Shown one piece after another: positions 34,681 to 43,907 of a stretch of 64,000 bases of DNA. Positions within the stretch are counted from its first letter, which is position 1, and each line of letters begins with the position of its first letter. The position numbers were made by a program, and so were the translations under genes. This DNA is from Deltaproteobacteria bacterium (GTDB taxonomy: Bacteria > Myxococcota > Kuafuiibacteriia > Kuafuiibacteriales > Kuafuiibacteriaceae): NCBI GenBank assembly GCA_040218735.1, contig JAVJQW010000050.1:128001-192000 (forward strand). Direction: 5' to 3'. Below the pieces are notes generated by a model that worked only from the letters and a program-made list of their open reading frames with translations, was not told the origin of the DNA and made no database searches.

Positions 34681-37421
34681 CGTCTCCGGAGCGCCCACGC
34701 GACCCCGAGCAGAATCCACAACCGAGGTGACCCTCCGCGAGGGCTCGACGCCGCCGCGCAAGCACAGCGCTTCGGGTGCACCGTCGGCGGCACCGTCGTG
34801 GTCGGCGGCACCTTCGGCGAGTCCCGATCCGCCGGAGCCACCCACGCCGCGTGAGTCTGTTCCATTGCGTCGAACAGCGCCGCGTTGGCCTCCAGCAGCT
34901 CGCGCAGCAACGGCGCACGCTCCAGGAGGAGGTAGCGATCCGCCGAAGGCGGGAGATCGAGCCGCACCACGCGCTTCGCGTCGTCGTCGTACACGTCGAG
35001 GTGAAACGCGATCCCATCCCCCTCCGCGCGCACGACCGTGACGTCCTCACGCCCCGCGATGCCCAGCGCATCGGCGACAAGATCCGCGGCGCCGACGACG
35101 TGTGCGTAGCGGTAGCGATTGAACGTCTCGTCGAGCGGGATGCCTTCGATGCCCGCTTCGCGCACGAGGAGCCGAGCGGCGACGACCTTGGCGATGTTTG
35201 CGCGGAAGCGCCGGCCAAAGGGCATCATGTACGGGTACTTCGCTTCGATCGCCGCCACGCTCTTCACATGCTCCACGACGCTCGCCTTGGCGTCGTCGTC
35301 GCCGTCGAACCACCCACGCCAGAGCCGCTGCGCCGCAGGGGCCCCCGACAACACCGCCTGCTGCGCGAGCGCGCGGTTCGTGAGGCGGTACGCGGCCGTC
35401 GAGATCTCCTGCGCCGTCGTGAACCGCGTCGTCGGCTCGCGCAACGAGCGCTCGTCGAAGTCTACGAAGCGATCGCCGGTCCAGAGTCGCAGGTAGGGGA
35501 CGAGCCCGAGCACCGCCTCCGAAGCGTGAAGGACGCGCCCCGGGGAGAGCATCGTCTGTCCCAGCGACCGCGCGCAGACGGAGCGGACGCGCACCGGTCC
35601 CGCCGTCGACGTACGGACATCGGCCGCGCAATCGTCACTCGTCGAAACCACGATCGCCGCGCGCCCCCGCGGGACGAACGAACGCGCCTCCTCGATCCGA
35701 CGAACGGACGCAGCATCCGCGTCGACGATCGCGGCGTCCCAAGCGGACGCGGGCAGGTCGAGCCGGCGCCACGCGCCGCCTTCGGTCGGACGCCCCGCCC
35801 CATCGACGGCCTCCAGCGTGCGAACGAACGCCATGAGCCGCGGCATCGCGTCCATCAGGACCTCCAACCTTCGCGTCGCCCCGTCCGGGTGCCGCTCGAT
35901 GTCAGCGAGCTCGCTGAACGCAGGGTGCGCCGCGTTGGCCGTGCCCCCGGGGCCACCGAGCGCGAGCGCCGCGAAGAACGGCGCGTCGGGCCGCGCGCAC
36001 GCGGCGAGCTTCGCCTCCTCCAGGAAGTAGACGCCGTGGTCCCCGGCGCCGAAGACGAAGCGAACACCCGGTGGACGTAAAGCCTCCACCGTCGGCCACT
36101 CGCCCTCCCGTGCGCGCGCGTACGCCGCAAGGCCAAAGTCCGCACACGGTCGCCACGAGTCCTCGATCGCACGAAGCGCCGTGAGTGTGCCGAAGACGAG
36201 CAACCGGTAGTTGCGGTCGATCCGATCCGCGAGGTCTTTGCGCGACTCCTCGATCTGATCCGACAGCGCGACAAGCGCCTCCAACGTCTTCTGCTGGAGG
36301 TCGATGACGATGGCCGTCATCCGCTTCAGCTGAGACAGCGAACGCTCGATCCGCTGCAATGACTCGAACACCGCGACGAACGGGCTCGGCTTCGGCTTTC
36401 CGAACACACCGACGAGCCCAATGATCCCCGACACCACGCCGAGCGGATTCGAAGTCGCGACCGACGAAGCAATCTGCACCAGCGCCGACCCCGCGGCGAA
36501 GCCACGCTGCAGCCCGGGGTCGAGATCGAACGCCGCCGCGACCTGTCCGAGCGTCGCAAACGCCTGCCCCGCGTACTGCAAGTTCCGTTGAACCACGACG
36601 CGCGAACGGAGCAGCGCTCGGTCCTCGTCGTCGAGGCCGGGCGGGTAGTAGCCGCCGTCGAGCGCTTCGAGCTGCTCGGCCGGCGACATACGACCGAACG
36701 CAAAATCCTCCAGGAACTCGAGGCGCGCACGATTACCCGCGACGTCCGCGCTGACCTTCGTGAGTGTCGCGTTCGTCTCGGCCTGCGCGTCCGCGATGCG
36801 CTCCACGGCGCCACCGAGCTGCTCGAGCCCGGCCGCGAGATTCTCCACTTCCTCCTGCGTGGCGAGAAACTCCGTCCGAAGCCCTTCGAACTCACCCTCG
36901 ATCCGCAGGTTCAGCCGTTTGTCGCGAACCCCGTCCAGGAGCTGTCCCAACGCCAGCCGCTGGTTCGTGCTCAGGTCGCCGGCGAAGAGCGCGGTGCGAA
37001 CGTACGCCGCCACCTTGTCGTTGCGCTCGAGGTCGACGCTCCGCGGGACGCGGCGCCCGTTCGACACGTAGTAGTCGCGCGCGAGCGCTTCGATCGCTCG
37101 GGTCCCGCGCGCCTCCAGCGTCTCGGCGACCTGGAGGTTCGCCTCCTTCATCCCTTCGGCGAGCGCCACGGGATCGAACAACGGAATGCTCTTCGCCACC
37201 GGCGCGAGGCCGTACTGCCAGGCCTTGTAGACACCCGCTTCGGTCTTGTACCGCTGCGCCGCCGCGTTGAAACGACGGAACTCGTCGAGCGCGGTCTTTC
37301 GTGACGGCTGCGCGGAGAGGAGCGCCGCGTCCGACGGCGCAGGCGCAGCCCCCAGCGCGGTCGGCACCACCGCGACGAAGCTCAGTCCGAACAGGGTGAT
37401 CGCGTGGGCCGCGCGCCGCAC
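34641..37421 (-). CDS. large exported coiled-coil protein with MYXO-CTERM-like tail
   Basis: Signal peptide, coiled-coils, central hydrophobic hairpin and C-terminal CAC...LWILLGVAWALRRR. Confidence 0.7.
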   Translation of the reverse strand: MRRAAHAITLFGLSFVAVVPTALGAAPAPSDAALLSAQPSRKTALDEFRRFNAAAQRYKTEAGVYKAWQYGLAPVAKSIPLFDPVALAEGMKEANLQVAETLEARGTRAIEALARDYYVSNGRRVPRSVDLERNDKVAAYVRTALFAGDLSTNQRLALGQLLDGVRDKRLNLRIEGEFEGLRTEFLATQEEVENLAAGLEQLGGAVERIADAQAETNATLTKVSADVAGNRARLEFLEDFAFGRMSPAEQLEALDGGYYPPGLDDEDRALLRSRVVVQRNLQYAGQAFATLGQVAAAFDLDPGLQRGFAAGSALVQIASSVATSNPLGVVSGIIGLVGVFGKPKPSPFVAVFESLQRIERSLSQLKRMTAIVIDLQQKTLEALVALSDQIEESRKDLADRIDRNYRLLVFGTLTALRAIEDSWRPCADFGLAAYARAREGEWPTVEALRPPGVRFVFGAGDHGVYFLEEAKLAACARPDAPFFAALALGGPGGTANAAHPAFSELADIERHPDGATRRLEVLMDAMPRLMAFVRTLEAVDGAGRPTEGGAWRRLDLPASAWDAAIVDADAASVRRIEEARSFVPRGRAAIVVSTSDDCAADVRTSTAGPVRVRSVCARSLGQTMLSPGRVLHASEAVLGLVPYLRLWTGDRFVDFDERSLREPTTRFTTAQEISTAAYRLTNRALAQQAVLSGAPAAQRLWRGWFDGDDDAKASVVEHVKSVAAIEAKYPYMMPFGRRFRANIAKVVAARLLVREAGIEGIPLDETFNRYRYAHVVGAADLVADALGIAGREDVTVVRAEGDGIAFHLDVYDDDAKRVVRLDLPPSADRYLLLERAPLLRELLEANAALFDAMEQTHAAWVAPADRDSPKVPPTTTVPPTVHPKRCACAAASSPRGGSPRLWILLGVAWALRRRQSRGRHCLDSSA

Positions 37422-37431
37422 GGTGCTTTCT

Positions 37432-39408
37432 CTACTTCAGATCGCTGACGCGTTCGCCCAGCGGATCGTCGCCGATCTTCTCGGAGGGCGGCGGAGGCGG
37501 AGGCGCGACCCGGCGACGGCACGGCGGCGGTTTGCCGTCGGCGCACTTCTTCTTCGTCTTCGTCGGCGTCTTCGCGACGGCTTCCTTCTTCAGCGTCGCG
37601 CGCACGGTGCGCTCGAAGCTCGGGGTCGCGACGCTGCGGATGGTCTCGTAGCCGTCCTTCGCGAAGACAAAGGTCAGGACGTCCTCGCCGCGCGGATAGT
37701 CGACGTGGAACGGCGTGCGCCCCTGCTCCTGTCCGTTGAGCGTCACGAGCGCGCCGGCGGGTTCCGACGTGAAGTCGAAGCGCACCGTGCGGGACGGCTC
37801 CGGCGGCGGCGGCGGAGGCGGCGGGCTCGCGCGCGGGCGGCGCGGCCGACGGTCCGTGGACGGGTTCTTGTCGGGCTGAGGATCGGGGTCCTTGGCGACG
37901 ACCGCCTCGTCGGGGTCCTTCGGATCCTCCGCGACGGTCGGGGGCGCCTTCGGTGGCGGCGTCTTCTTGTCCGGCGCAGCGATGGGCGCGACCGTGGCGG
38001 CCTCCTCCTCCTGCGACATGAAGGCGAAGCCCGCGAGCGCCACCGCGGCCACGAGCAGGCCGACCCCGCCCAAGAGCAGCGGCGACCGCGACGACTTCTT
38101 CTGGTGCCCCGGGAACGGCCCGGAGATCTCGTGGCTGATCCCGCCGAGCGTCTCGACGGCGCCGCCCATCGCCGGCGTCGGGTGCGTGAGCCCCGGCGCG
38201 GTCATCTGCACGCTCCCCGGCATCGCGCCCTGCGCCGCCGTCGCCATCGCGTCGGCCGCCTGGTACTGCGCCGAGCCGGGCTGCTGCTGCTGGGTCATGT
38301 GCTCGGCGGCCTGCGTGCCGCCGGTCATGTGCTGCGTCGCCGGCTGCCCGCCGAGCGACAGGTGACTCGGCACGGCGTTCGGAGACTGCAGCCCCGACGG
38401 CGTGAACGGGTTCGAGGGGCTCTGCCCCGGGACGACCTCGGTCGGCAGGCCACCGACGCCCGGCGTGGGGTGTGTGCCCGTGCCCGGGAGATACACCGGC
38501 CCGGACGCGGTGCGCTCGAACATCTCGAGCTCCGCCGCGAGATCCGAGACCGCCTGCTGACGGCCGTCGGGGCGTTTGTCGAGCGACTTCATCACGATCG
38601 CCTCGATGCGCGGGTCGATCGTGAGGTCCGGCCGAATCTTCGCGAACGGCGCGGGCGGCTCCGAGATGTGTTTGAGCAGCAGCCCGACCGGCGTGTCCGC
38701 CACGAACGGCGGGCGGCCGACCAGGAGCTCGTACATGACGACACCCAGCGCGTAGATGTCCGCGCGGTAGTCGATCGGGCGGCCCTCGGCCTGCTCCGGC
38801 GACATGTACTTCGGCGTACCGAAGATCATGCCGGTCTGCGTGAGGGTCCCCGCGCCTTCGCTGTCCGCGAGCTTCGCGACGCCGAAGTCGAGCACCTTCA
38901 CCCAGTCCGGGTCGCCGCCGACCTCGGTGAGGAAGATGTTGTCGGGTTTGAGATCGCGGTGAATGATGCCCGCCGCGTGCGCGTCGGAGAGCGACGCGCA
39001 GACCTGCCGCATGATCTTCGCGGCGCGGATCGGGTTGATGACCTTCTCTTTGCGAAGGAGCTGCGTCAGCGTGCGCCCCTTCAGGTACTCCATCACGATG
39101 TAGAGGCGCTCGTCGTCCTCCTCGGCCGTGTGCCCGAAGTCGTAGATGGTGACCGTGTTGGGGTGCTGCATCTTCGAGATCGCGCGCGCCTCCTGCTCGA
39201 AGCGCTTCACGGCGATCTCGTCCTCGGCCAGCTTGCCGAGGAGGACCTTCACGGCGACCTTGCGGTCGATCGGCTCCTGGGTCGCGATGTACACGGAGCC
39301 CATTCCGCCTTCGCCGATCTTCTTGATGATCTTGTACTTGCCGGCGAGCAGCTGCCCGACGAGCCGGTCCTTACGGACTTTCTTCTTTGGCGCTTGGCTC
39401 GTGCTCAA
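37432..39408 (-). CDS. membrane Ser/Thr protein kinase with PEGA domain
   Basis: GEGGMGSV, VAVK, HRDLKPDN, DFG and GTPKYMSPE; TM; FTSEPAGA PEGA. Confidence 0.95.
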   Translation of the reverse strand: MSTSQAPKKKVRKDRLVGQLLAGKYKIIKKIGEGGMGSVYIATQEPIDRKVAVKVLLGKLAEDEIAVKRFEQEARAISKMQHPNTVTIYDFGHTAEEDDERLYIVMEYLKGRTLTQLLRKEKVINPIRAAKIMRQVCASLSDAHAAGIIHRDLKPDNIFLTEVGGDPDWVKVLDFGVAKLADSEGAGTLTQTGMIFGTPKYMSPEQAEGRPIDYRADIYALGVVMYELLVGRPPFVADTPVGLLLKHISEPPAPFAKIRPDLTIDPRIEAIVMKSLDKRPDGRQQAVSDLAAELEMFERTASGPVYLPGTGTHPTPGVGGLPTEVVPGQSPSNPFTPSGLQSPNAVPSHLSLGGQPATQHMTGGTQAAEHMTQQQQPGSAQYQAADAMATAAQGAMPGSVQMTAPGLTHPTPAMGGAVETLGGISHEISGPFPGHQKKSSRSPLLLGGVGLLVAAVALAGFAFMSQEEEAATVAPIAAPDKKTPPPKAPPTVAEDPKDPDEAVVAKDPDPQPDKNPSTDRRPRRPRASPPPPPPPPEPSRTVRFDFTSEPAGALVTLNGQEQGRTPFHVDYPRGEDVLTFVFAKDGYETIRSVATPSFERTVRATLKKEAVAKTPTKTKKKCADGKPPPCRRRVAPPPPPPSEKIGDDPLGERVSDLK

Positions 39409-39584
39409 CGACGCATTCCCCCGAGGTCGCCCACGACTCTAACGCGGGCGCGACCGATCCCCAAACGCATACGCGCCAAGGCACACATTGTATTCCCCAC
39501 ACCCGGTCCCGGTCCCAGTCCCGGTCCCGGTCCCAAGATCAACGAACGGGATGCAGGCCGCGGTCTACGCCGACAACGCCGAGC

Positions 39585-40223
39585 TCAGTCGCGGGCGCCA
39601 AACGCGTACAGCCCGTGTCGCACCACGTACGCCAAGACCTCCGGCCGCAGCGCGGTCTCCAGGAACACCTCGTCGGTCGACGCACGCACCGCGCTCGAGC
39701 TGATCGCCGTCAACCGCGGTGCATCGATTCGATCCACCCCCGCGTCCACCCCGACCCGCGGCACCACCACCACCGGCGCCCGCGCCATCAGCTCCGCGCT
39801 CGCCTTCCAGCGCCCCGCCTTCAGATCCGCGTAGGTGTCCTCGCCGAGGAGCAGCGCGAACCGTCGCCCCGGGTGTTCAGCCTCCAGGTAGCGAATCAGA
39901 TCGATCGTCCCGAGGCGCTCGTCGGGGTGCGCTTCACACAACACCCGCTCGTCGTCGCGCACCTGCACGCGACCCGCTTCCACCCCCGTTAGATCGAGGA
40001 ACGCCAGCTTCGCCATCGCGAAGCGGTGCGCGAACGAAGGCATGTCGCGTTTGTCGACGAAGGCGTGCCGATAGACCGGCAACACCCAGACCTCGCCCAC
40101 GGGCGCGTCGAGCTCGTCGAAGCGTTCCTTGGTCGCCGCCCAACGAACGATGCCGGCGTGCCCGCCGAGGTGCGTCGGCGGGTTCGCGGACAGGCCGAAG
40201 AGCAGCGTGTACGGCTCAGACAC
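39585..40223 (-). CDS. nadD: nicotinate-nucleotide adenylyltransferase-like
   Basis: FGLSANPPTHLGGH, GTIDLI, LLLGED, ISSSAVR and YVVRHGLY. GTG start overlaps the secA stop. Confidence 0.8.
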   Translation of the reverse strand: MSEPYTLLFGLSANPPTHLGGHAGIVRWAATKERFDELDAPVGEVWVLPVYRHAFVDKRDMPSFAHRFAMAKLAFLDLTGVEAGRVQVRDDERVLCEAHPDERLGTIDLIRYLEAEHPGRRFALLLGEDTYADLKAGRWKASAELMARAPVVVVPRVGVDAGVDRIDAPRLTAISSSAVRASTDEVFLETALRPEVLAYVVRHGLYAFGARD

Positions 40224-43206
40224 GAGCGGCGCGCTGGTCCTCGGGGAGGTGGCACTTCTTGTATTTCTTGCCACTGCCACACCAGCACGGGTCGTTGCGT
40301 CCCGGGCGCTTCTTCTTGGTGCGGTCCGGCGCCTCCGGTTTGCTCGGCGCCACGGCGTCCGCCTCGCCCTGGTCGGTTCCGCCCTGAAGCTGCGCCGCAC
40401 GCGCGAGCGCCTCGGCGGCGCGACGCTGACGCTCCTGCTCCCGGCGGACCTCCTCCGGCGACATCAGCACCACGTTGAAGATCTCCGCGAGCACGTTGTG
40501 GTCGGCCTCGCGCATCATCGACGCGAACAGCAGGTGCCCCTCGCGCTTGTACTCGATCTTCGGGTCCTTGCTCCCGTAGCCGCGCAGCCCGATGCCCTCG
40601 CGCAGGTGATCCATCTGCGTGAGGTGGTCCATCCAGTGGTTGTCGATCTGCCGCAGGTAGATCTGCCGCAGCATGTAACGCCACACCGGCTCCTTGATCT
40701 TCGCGGTCGTCGGCATCCCGTCCTTCGCGACGAGGCCGCTCGACAGAACGACGAAGTCCTTGCCGAGCTCGTCCTGCTTCTTCTTCCAGCGCTTCTCGAT
40801 CTGCTCGAAGACGTAGAACTCGAGGTCGTCGTAGCGCATCGTGTCGCCCTTGAATTCGAGCGCGACGCCGAACAGCGACTTCACCTTGTTCTTGACCGTG
40901 TCGAGGTCCCACTCGTCCATCGACGCACGCGGCGGACACGCGCTGCTGCAGATGTAGCGGACGACGCGCTCGATCATGTCGAGCACTTCCTCGGACATCG
41001 CGTCGTCGCCGAGGACCTGGCGGCGCAGACCGTAGATGGTCTTGCGCTGCGTGTTCATCACGTCGTCGTACTCGATCAGGTTCTTGCGGATGTCGAAGTT
41101 GTGACCCTCGACGCGCTTCTGCGCGTTCTGGATCGACTTCGTGACCATCTTCGCCTCGATCGGGACGTCGTCCTCCATCCCGAGGCGCTCCATCATCCCC
41201 ATCAGCTTGTCGCCGCCGAAGATGCGCATGAGGTCGTCCTCGAGCGAGAGGAAGAACTGCGAGCTCCCCGGGTCGCCCTGACGCCCCGCACGACCACGCA
41301 GCTGGTTGTCGACGCGCCGCGACTCGTGACGCTCGGTGCCGCACACGTGCAGGCCGCCCGACTCGAGGACCTTCTTCTTCTCCGCCGAGCACACCGCCTC
41401 GTGTTTTTCGAGGTGCTTCGCGTACGCCTCGATGATGCGGTCGACGTACGCCTTGGCTTCGGTCTTCGCTTGCGCGCGCACCTGCCCGACGTCGAGCTCT
41501 TCCTCGTCCTCGCCCGGGCCGTCCGACAGCCGGTCGTTGAAGAACTTCTCGGAGTAGTCCGAGGTCACCATCTCCACCGGGATCGACGCCGGCGACCCCG
41601 TCAGCCAGCGGAACTCCGCGAGGATGGCCTGCTCCTTCTTCGGATCGTTGGCCGCCTCGCCGAGCTCTTCGTGCGCGACGTCCGCGCGCGCGCGGTACTC
41701 GGGGTTGCCGCCGAGGAGGATGTCGGTGCCGCGACCCGCCATGTTGGTGGAGATCGTCACCGCGCCCGGCGCACCGGCCTGCGCGATGATCTCACCCTCC
41801 TGACGGTGGTACTTCGCGTTCAGGGTGATGTGCTCGATCTTGTGTTTCTTGAGGAGGCGCGAGATCACCTCCGACTTGTCGACGTTCTTGGTGCCGACGA
41901 GGATCGGCTGCCCGCGGCCGTGACGCTCGCGGATGTCCTCGATGACCGCGTTGAACTTCTCGGCTTCCGTCTTGTAGATGAGGTCCTGCCGGTCGTCGCG
42001 GATGAGCGGCTTGTTGGTCGGGATGACCATCACCTCGAGCTCGTAGATCTTGCTGAACTCCTCCGCCTCGGTGTCGGCGGTGCCGGTCATGCCCGAGAGC
42101 TTGTCGTACATGCGGTAGAAGTTCTGGTACGTGACCGTCGCGAGCGTCTGGTTCTCGCTCTGGATCTTCACGCCCTCCTTCGCCTCGATCGACTGGTGCA
42201 GGCCGTCCGACCAGCGGCGCCCGTCCATGGTGCGGCCGGTGTGCTCGTCGATGATCAGCACCTCGCCGTTGTGCACGAGGTAGTCGCGGTCGCGTGTGTA
42301 ACAGGCGTGCGCGGCGAGTGACTTCGCGACGTGGTGGAACCACTCGACGTTCTCCGGCGAGAACAGGTTCCCGACGTCGAGCATCTTCTCCACGTGGTCC
42401 GTGCCTTCGTCGGTGAGGACGGCGCTCTTGGTCTTCTCGTCGACGGTGTAGTCGCGCTCGGGGCGCAGCTTGCTGATGATGCGGTCGACGGTCAGGTACT
42501 TGTCCGTCGCGTCGGACGCCTGGCCCGAGATGATCAGCGGCGTGCGCGCTTCGTCGATGAGGATGGAGTCGACCTCGTCGATGATCGCGTAGTGCAGCCC
42601 GCGCCCCTGGACGTAGTCCTCGAGGCGGTACTTCATGTTGTCGCGCAGGTAGTCGAACCCGTACTCGGAGTTCGTGCCGTAGGTGATGTCGCAGCCGTAC
42701 TGCTTCTGTTTGTGCTGGTCGTCGTAGCCGTGGACGATGATGCCGACGCTCATCCCCAGGAATCGGAAGATCTTGCCCATCCACTCGGCGTCGCGGTTGG
42801 CGAGGTAATCGTTCACCGTGACGACGTGGACGCCCTTGCCGGACAGCGCGTTGAGGTACGCCGGGAGCGTCGCGACGAGGGTCTTGCCCTCACCGGTCCG
42901 CATCTCCGCGATCTTCCCGGAGTGCAGCACCATCCCGCCGATCAGCTGCACGTCGAAGTGCCGCATCTTGAGCACCCGCCAGCCGGTCTCGCGGACGACC
43001 GCGAAGACCTCGGGGAGGATGTCGTCGAGCGACGCCCCGTTCTCCAACTTCTGCTTGAACTCTGCGGTCTTGGCGACCAGCTGGTCGTCGCTGAGCTTCT
43101 TGATTTCGGGCTCGAGCGCGTTGATCGCCGCGACGCGGGGCTGGAGCTTCCTGAGCTCGCGCTCGTTCTTGCTCTTGAAGATCTTTCTGTAGAACGGGAC
43201 TGCCAT
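40216..43206 (-). CDS. secA: preprotein translocase ATPase SecA
   Basis: MRTGEGKT, IDEVDSILIDEARTPLIISG, STNMAGRGTDI, QLRGRAGRQGDPG and SEC-C GRNDPCWCGSGKKYKKCH. Confidence 0.99.
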   Translation of the reverse strand: MAVPFYRKIFKSKNERELRKLQPRVAAINALEPEIKKLSDDQLVAKTAEFKQKLENGASLDDILPEVFAVVRETGWRVLKMRHFDVQLIGGMVLHSGKIAEMRTGEGKTLVATLPAYLNALSGKGVHVVTVNDYLANRDAEWMGKIFRFLGMSVGIIVHGYDDQHKQKQYGCDITYGTNSEYGFDYLRDNMKYRLEDYVQGRGLHYAIIDEVDSILIDEARTPLIISGQASDATDKYLTVDRIISKLRPERDYTVDEKTKSAVLTDEGTDHVEKMLDVGNLFSPENVEWFHHVAKSLAAHACYTRDRDYLVHNGEVLIIDEHTGRTMDGRRWSDGLHQSIEAKEGVKIQSENQTLATVTYQNFYRMYDKLSGMTGTADTEAEEFSKIYELEVMVIPTNKPLIRDDRQDLIYKTEAEKFNAVIEDIRERHGRGQPILVGTKNVDKSEVISRLLKKHKIEHITLNAKYHRQEGEIIAQAGAPGAVTISTNMAGRGTDILLGGNPEYRARADVAHEELGEAANDPKKEQAILAEFRWLTGSPASIPVEMVTSDYSEKFFNDRLSDGPGEDEEELDVGQVRAQAKTEAKAYVDRIIEAYAKHLEKHEAVCSAEKKKVLESGGLHVCGTERHESRRVDNQLRGRAGRQGDPGSSQFFLSLEDDLMRIFGGDKLMGMMERLGMEDDVPIEAKMVTKSIQNAQKRVEGHNFDIRKNLIEYDDVMNTQRKTIYGLRRQVLGDDAMSEEVLDMIERVVRYICSSACPPRASMDEWDLDTVKNKVKSLFGVALEFKGDTMRYDDLEFYVFEQIEKRWKKKQDELGKDFVVLSSGLVAKDGMPTTAKIKEPVWRYMLRQIYLRQIDNHWMDHLTQMDHLREGIGLRGYGSKDPKIEYKREGHLLFASMMREADHNVLAEIFNVVLMSPEEVRREQERQRRAAEALARAAQLQGGTDQGEADAVAPSKPEAPDRTKKKRPGRNDPCWCGSGKKYKKCHLPEDQRAARV

Positions 43207-43276
43207 GGGAAAGGGGCCGGCGGGGCCGGGGCCCCTGTATGGGTACCTCCCGGCCACGGTCAAGGTCGAGCTGATT

Positions 43277-43852
43277 TCAGGCTTCGCCGCGGGTGATGAG
43301 GGCCTCCACGTGCGCGCGGATGTCCTCCGGCCACCCCGCGATCAACGCGCGCAGGCCTTCGAGATCGTCGCGGTAGAGCAATCGGCTCGCCTCCTCGAAG
43401 TTTTCGAGGTTGCCCGCCATGGTCCACATGAATCGACTCGCCGCGTCGCGCGCTTTGCGCTGACGCTCCGGCGCCGCGTCCTTCTTGCGCGCCTCGTCCA
43501 CCAACCGCCGCAGCGCGCCGGACATCCCGCCCGGCTGGTTCGACAGCCAGTCCCAGTGGCGCGGCAGCAGCGAGACCTCACGCGAGACGACCCCGAGCTT
43601 GGGGCGCCCCGGACCACGTTTGGGCGGGGTCTCGGGCCGGTCGAGCCCCGGGTGACCGTCGAGCTTGGCGACGACCTCCTCCTCCGTCCCCGACAAGTCG
43701 AAGTCGATCTCACGGCCGGTGCGGTCGTCGAAGATGAGCAGGGTCCTCGATTCCCCACGGTCGAGGACCGCCTTGGTGCGGCGGATCATGGACTCGACGG
43801 GGCCGGAGGCGATGCGTTGGGTGCCCGCGAACGCGGTGAAGGTCTGGGTCAT
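43277..43852 (-). CDS. DUF2239 family protein
   Basis: FTAFAG..IASG, LIFDDRTG, RGPGRPKLGVVSREVSLLPRHWDWL and MAGNLENFEEASR. Confidence 0.88.
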   Translation of the reverse strand: MTQTFTAFAGTQRIASGPVESMIRRTKAVLDRGESRTLLIFDDRTGREIDFDLSGTEEEVVAKLDGHPGLDRPETPPKRGPGRPKLGVVSREVSLLPRHWDWLSNQPGGMSGALRRLVDEARKKDAAPERQRKARDAASRFMWTMAGNLENFEEASRLLYRDDLEGLRALIAGWPEDIRAHVEALITRGEA

Positions 43853-43862
43853 GACTCCGGAA

Positions 43863-43907
43863 ATTATACCCGGGCTAAAATGACGTCAATTGTCTCCGGG
43901 TAGAATT
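43863..43907 (-). promoter_or_regulatory. sigma70-like promoter overlapped by imperfect palindromes upstream of DUF2239
   Basis: Minus strand TTGACG-N15-TATAAT, 10 nt before the ATG; palindrome-like ATTATACCCGGGCTAAAAT and CCGGGTAGAAT. Confidence 0.55.

Noticed and set aside
13592-37421. Horizontally acquired island with att sites or IS ends
   Set aside because: No tRNA, integrase, transposase or flanking direct repeats were seen, and no obvious GC shift by eye.
39502-39534. (CCCGGT)n-like hexamer run between the kinase and nadD
   Set aside because: Only about five units of a simple GC-rich repeat; no function can be supported.
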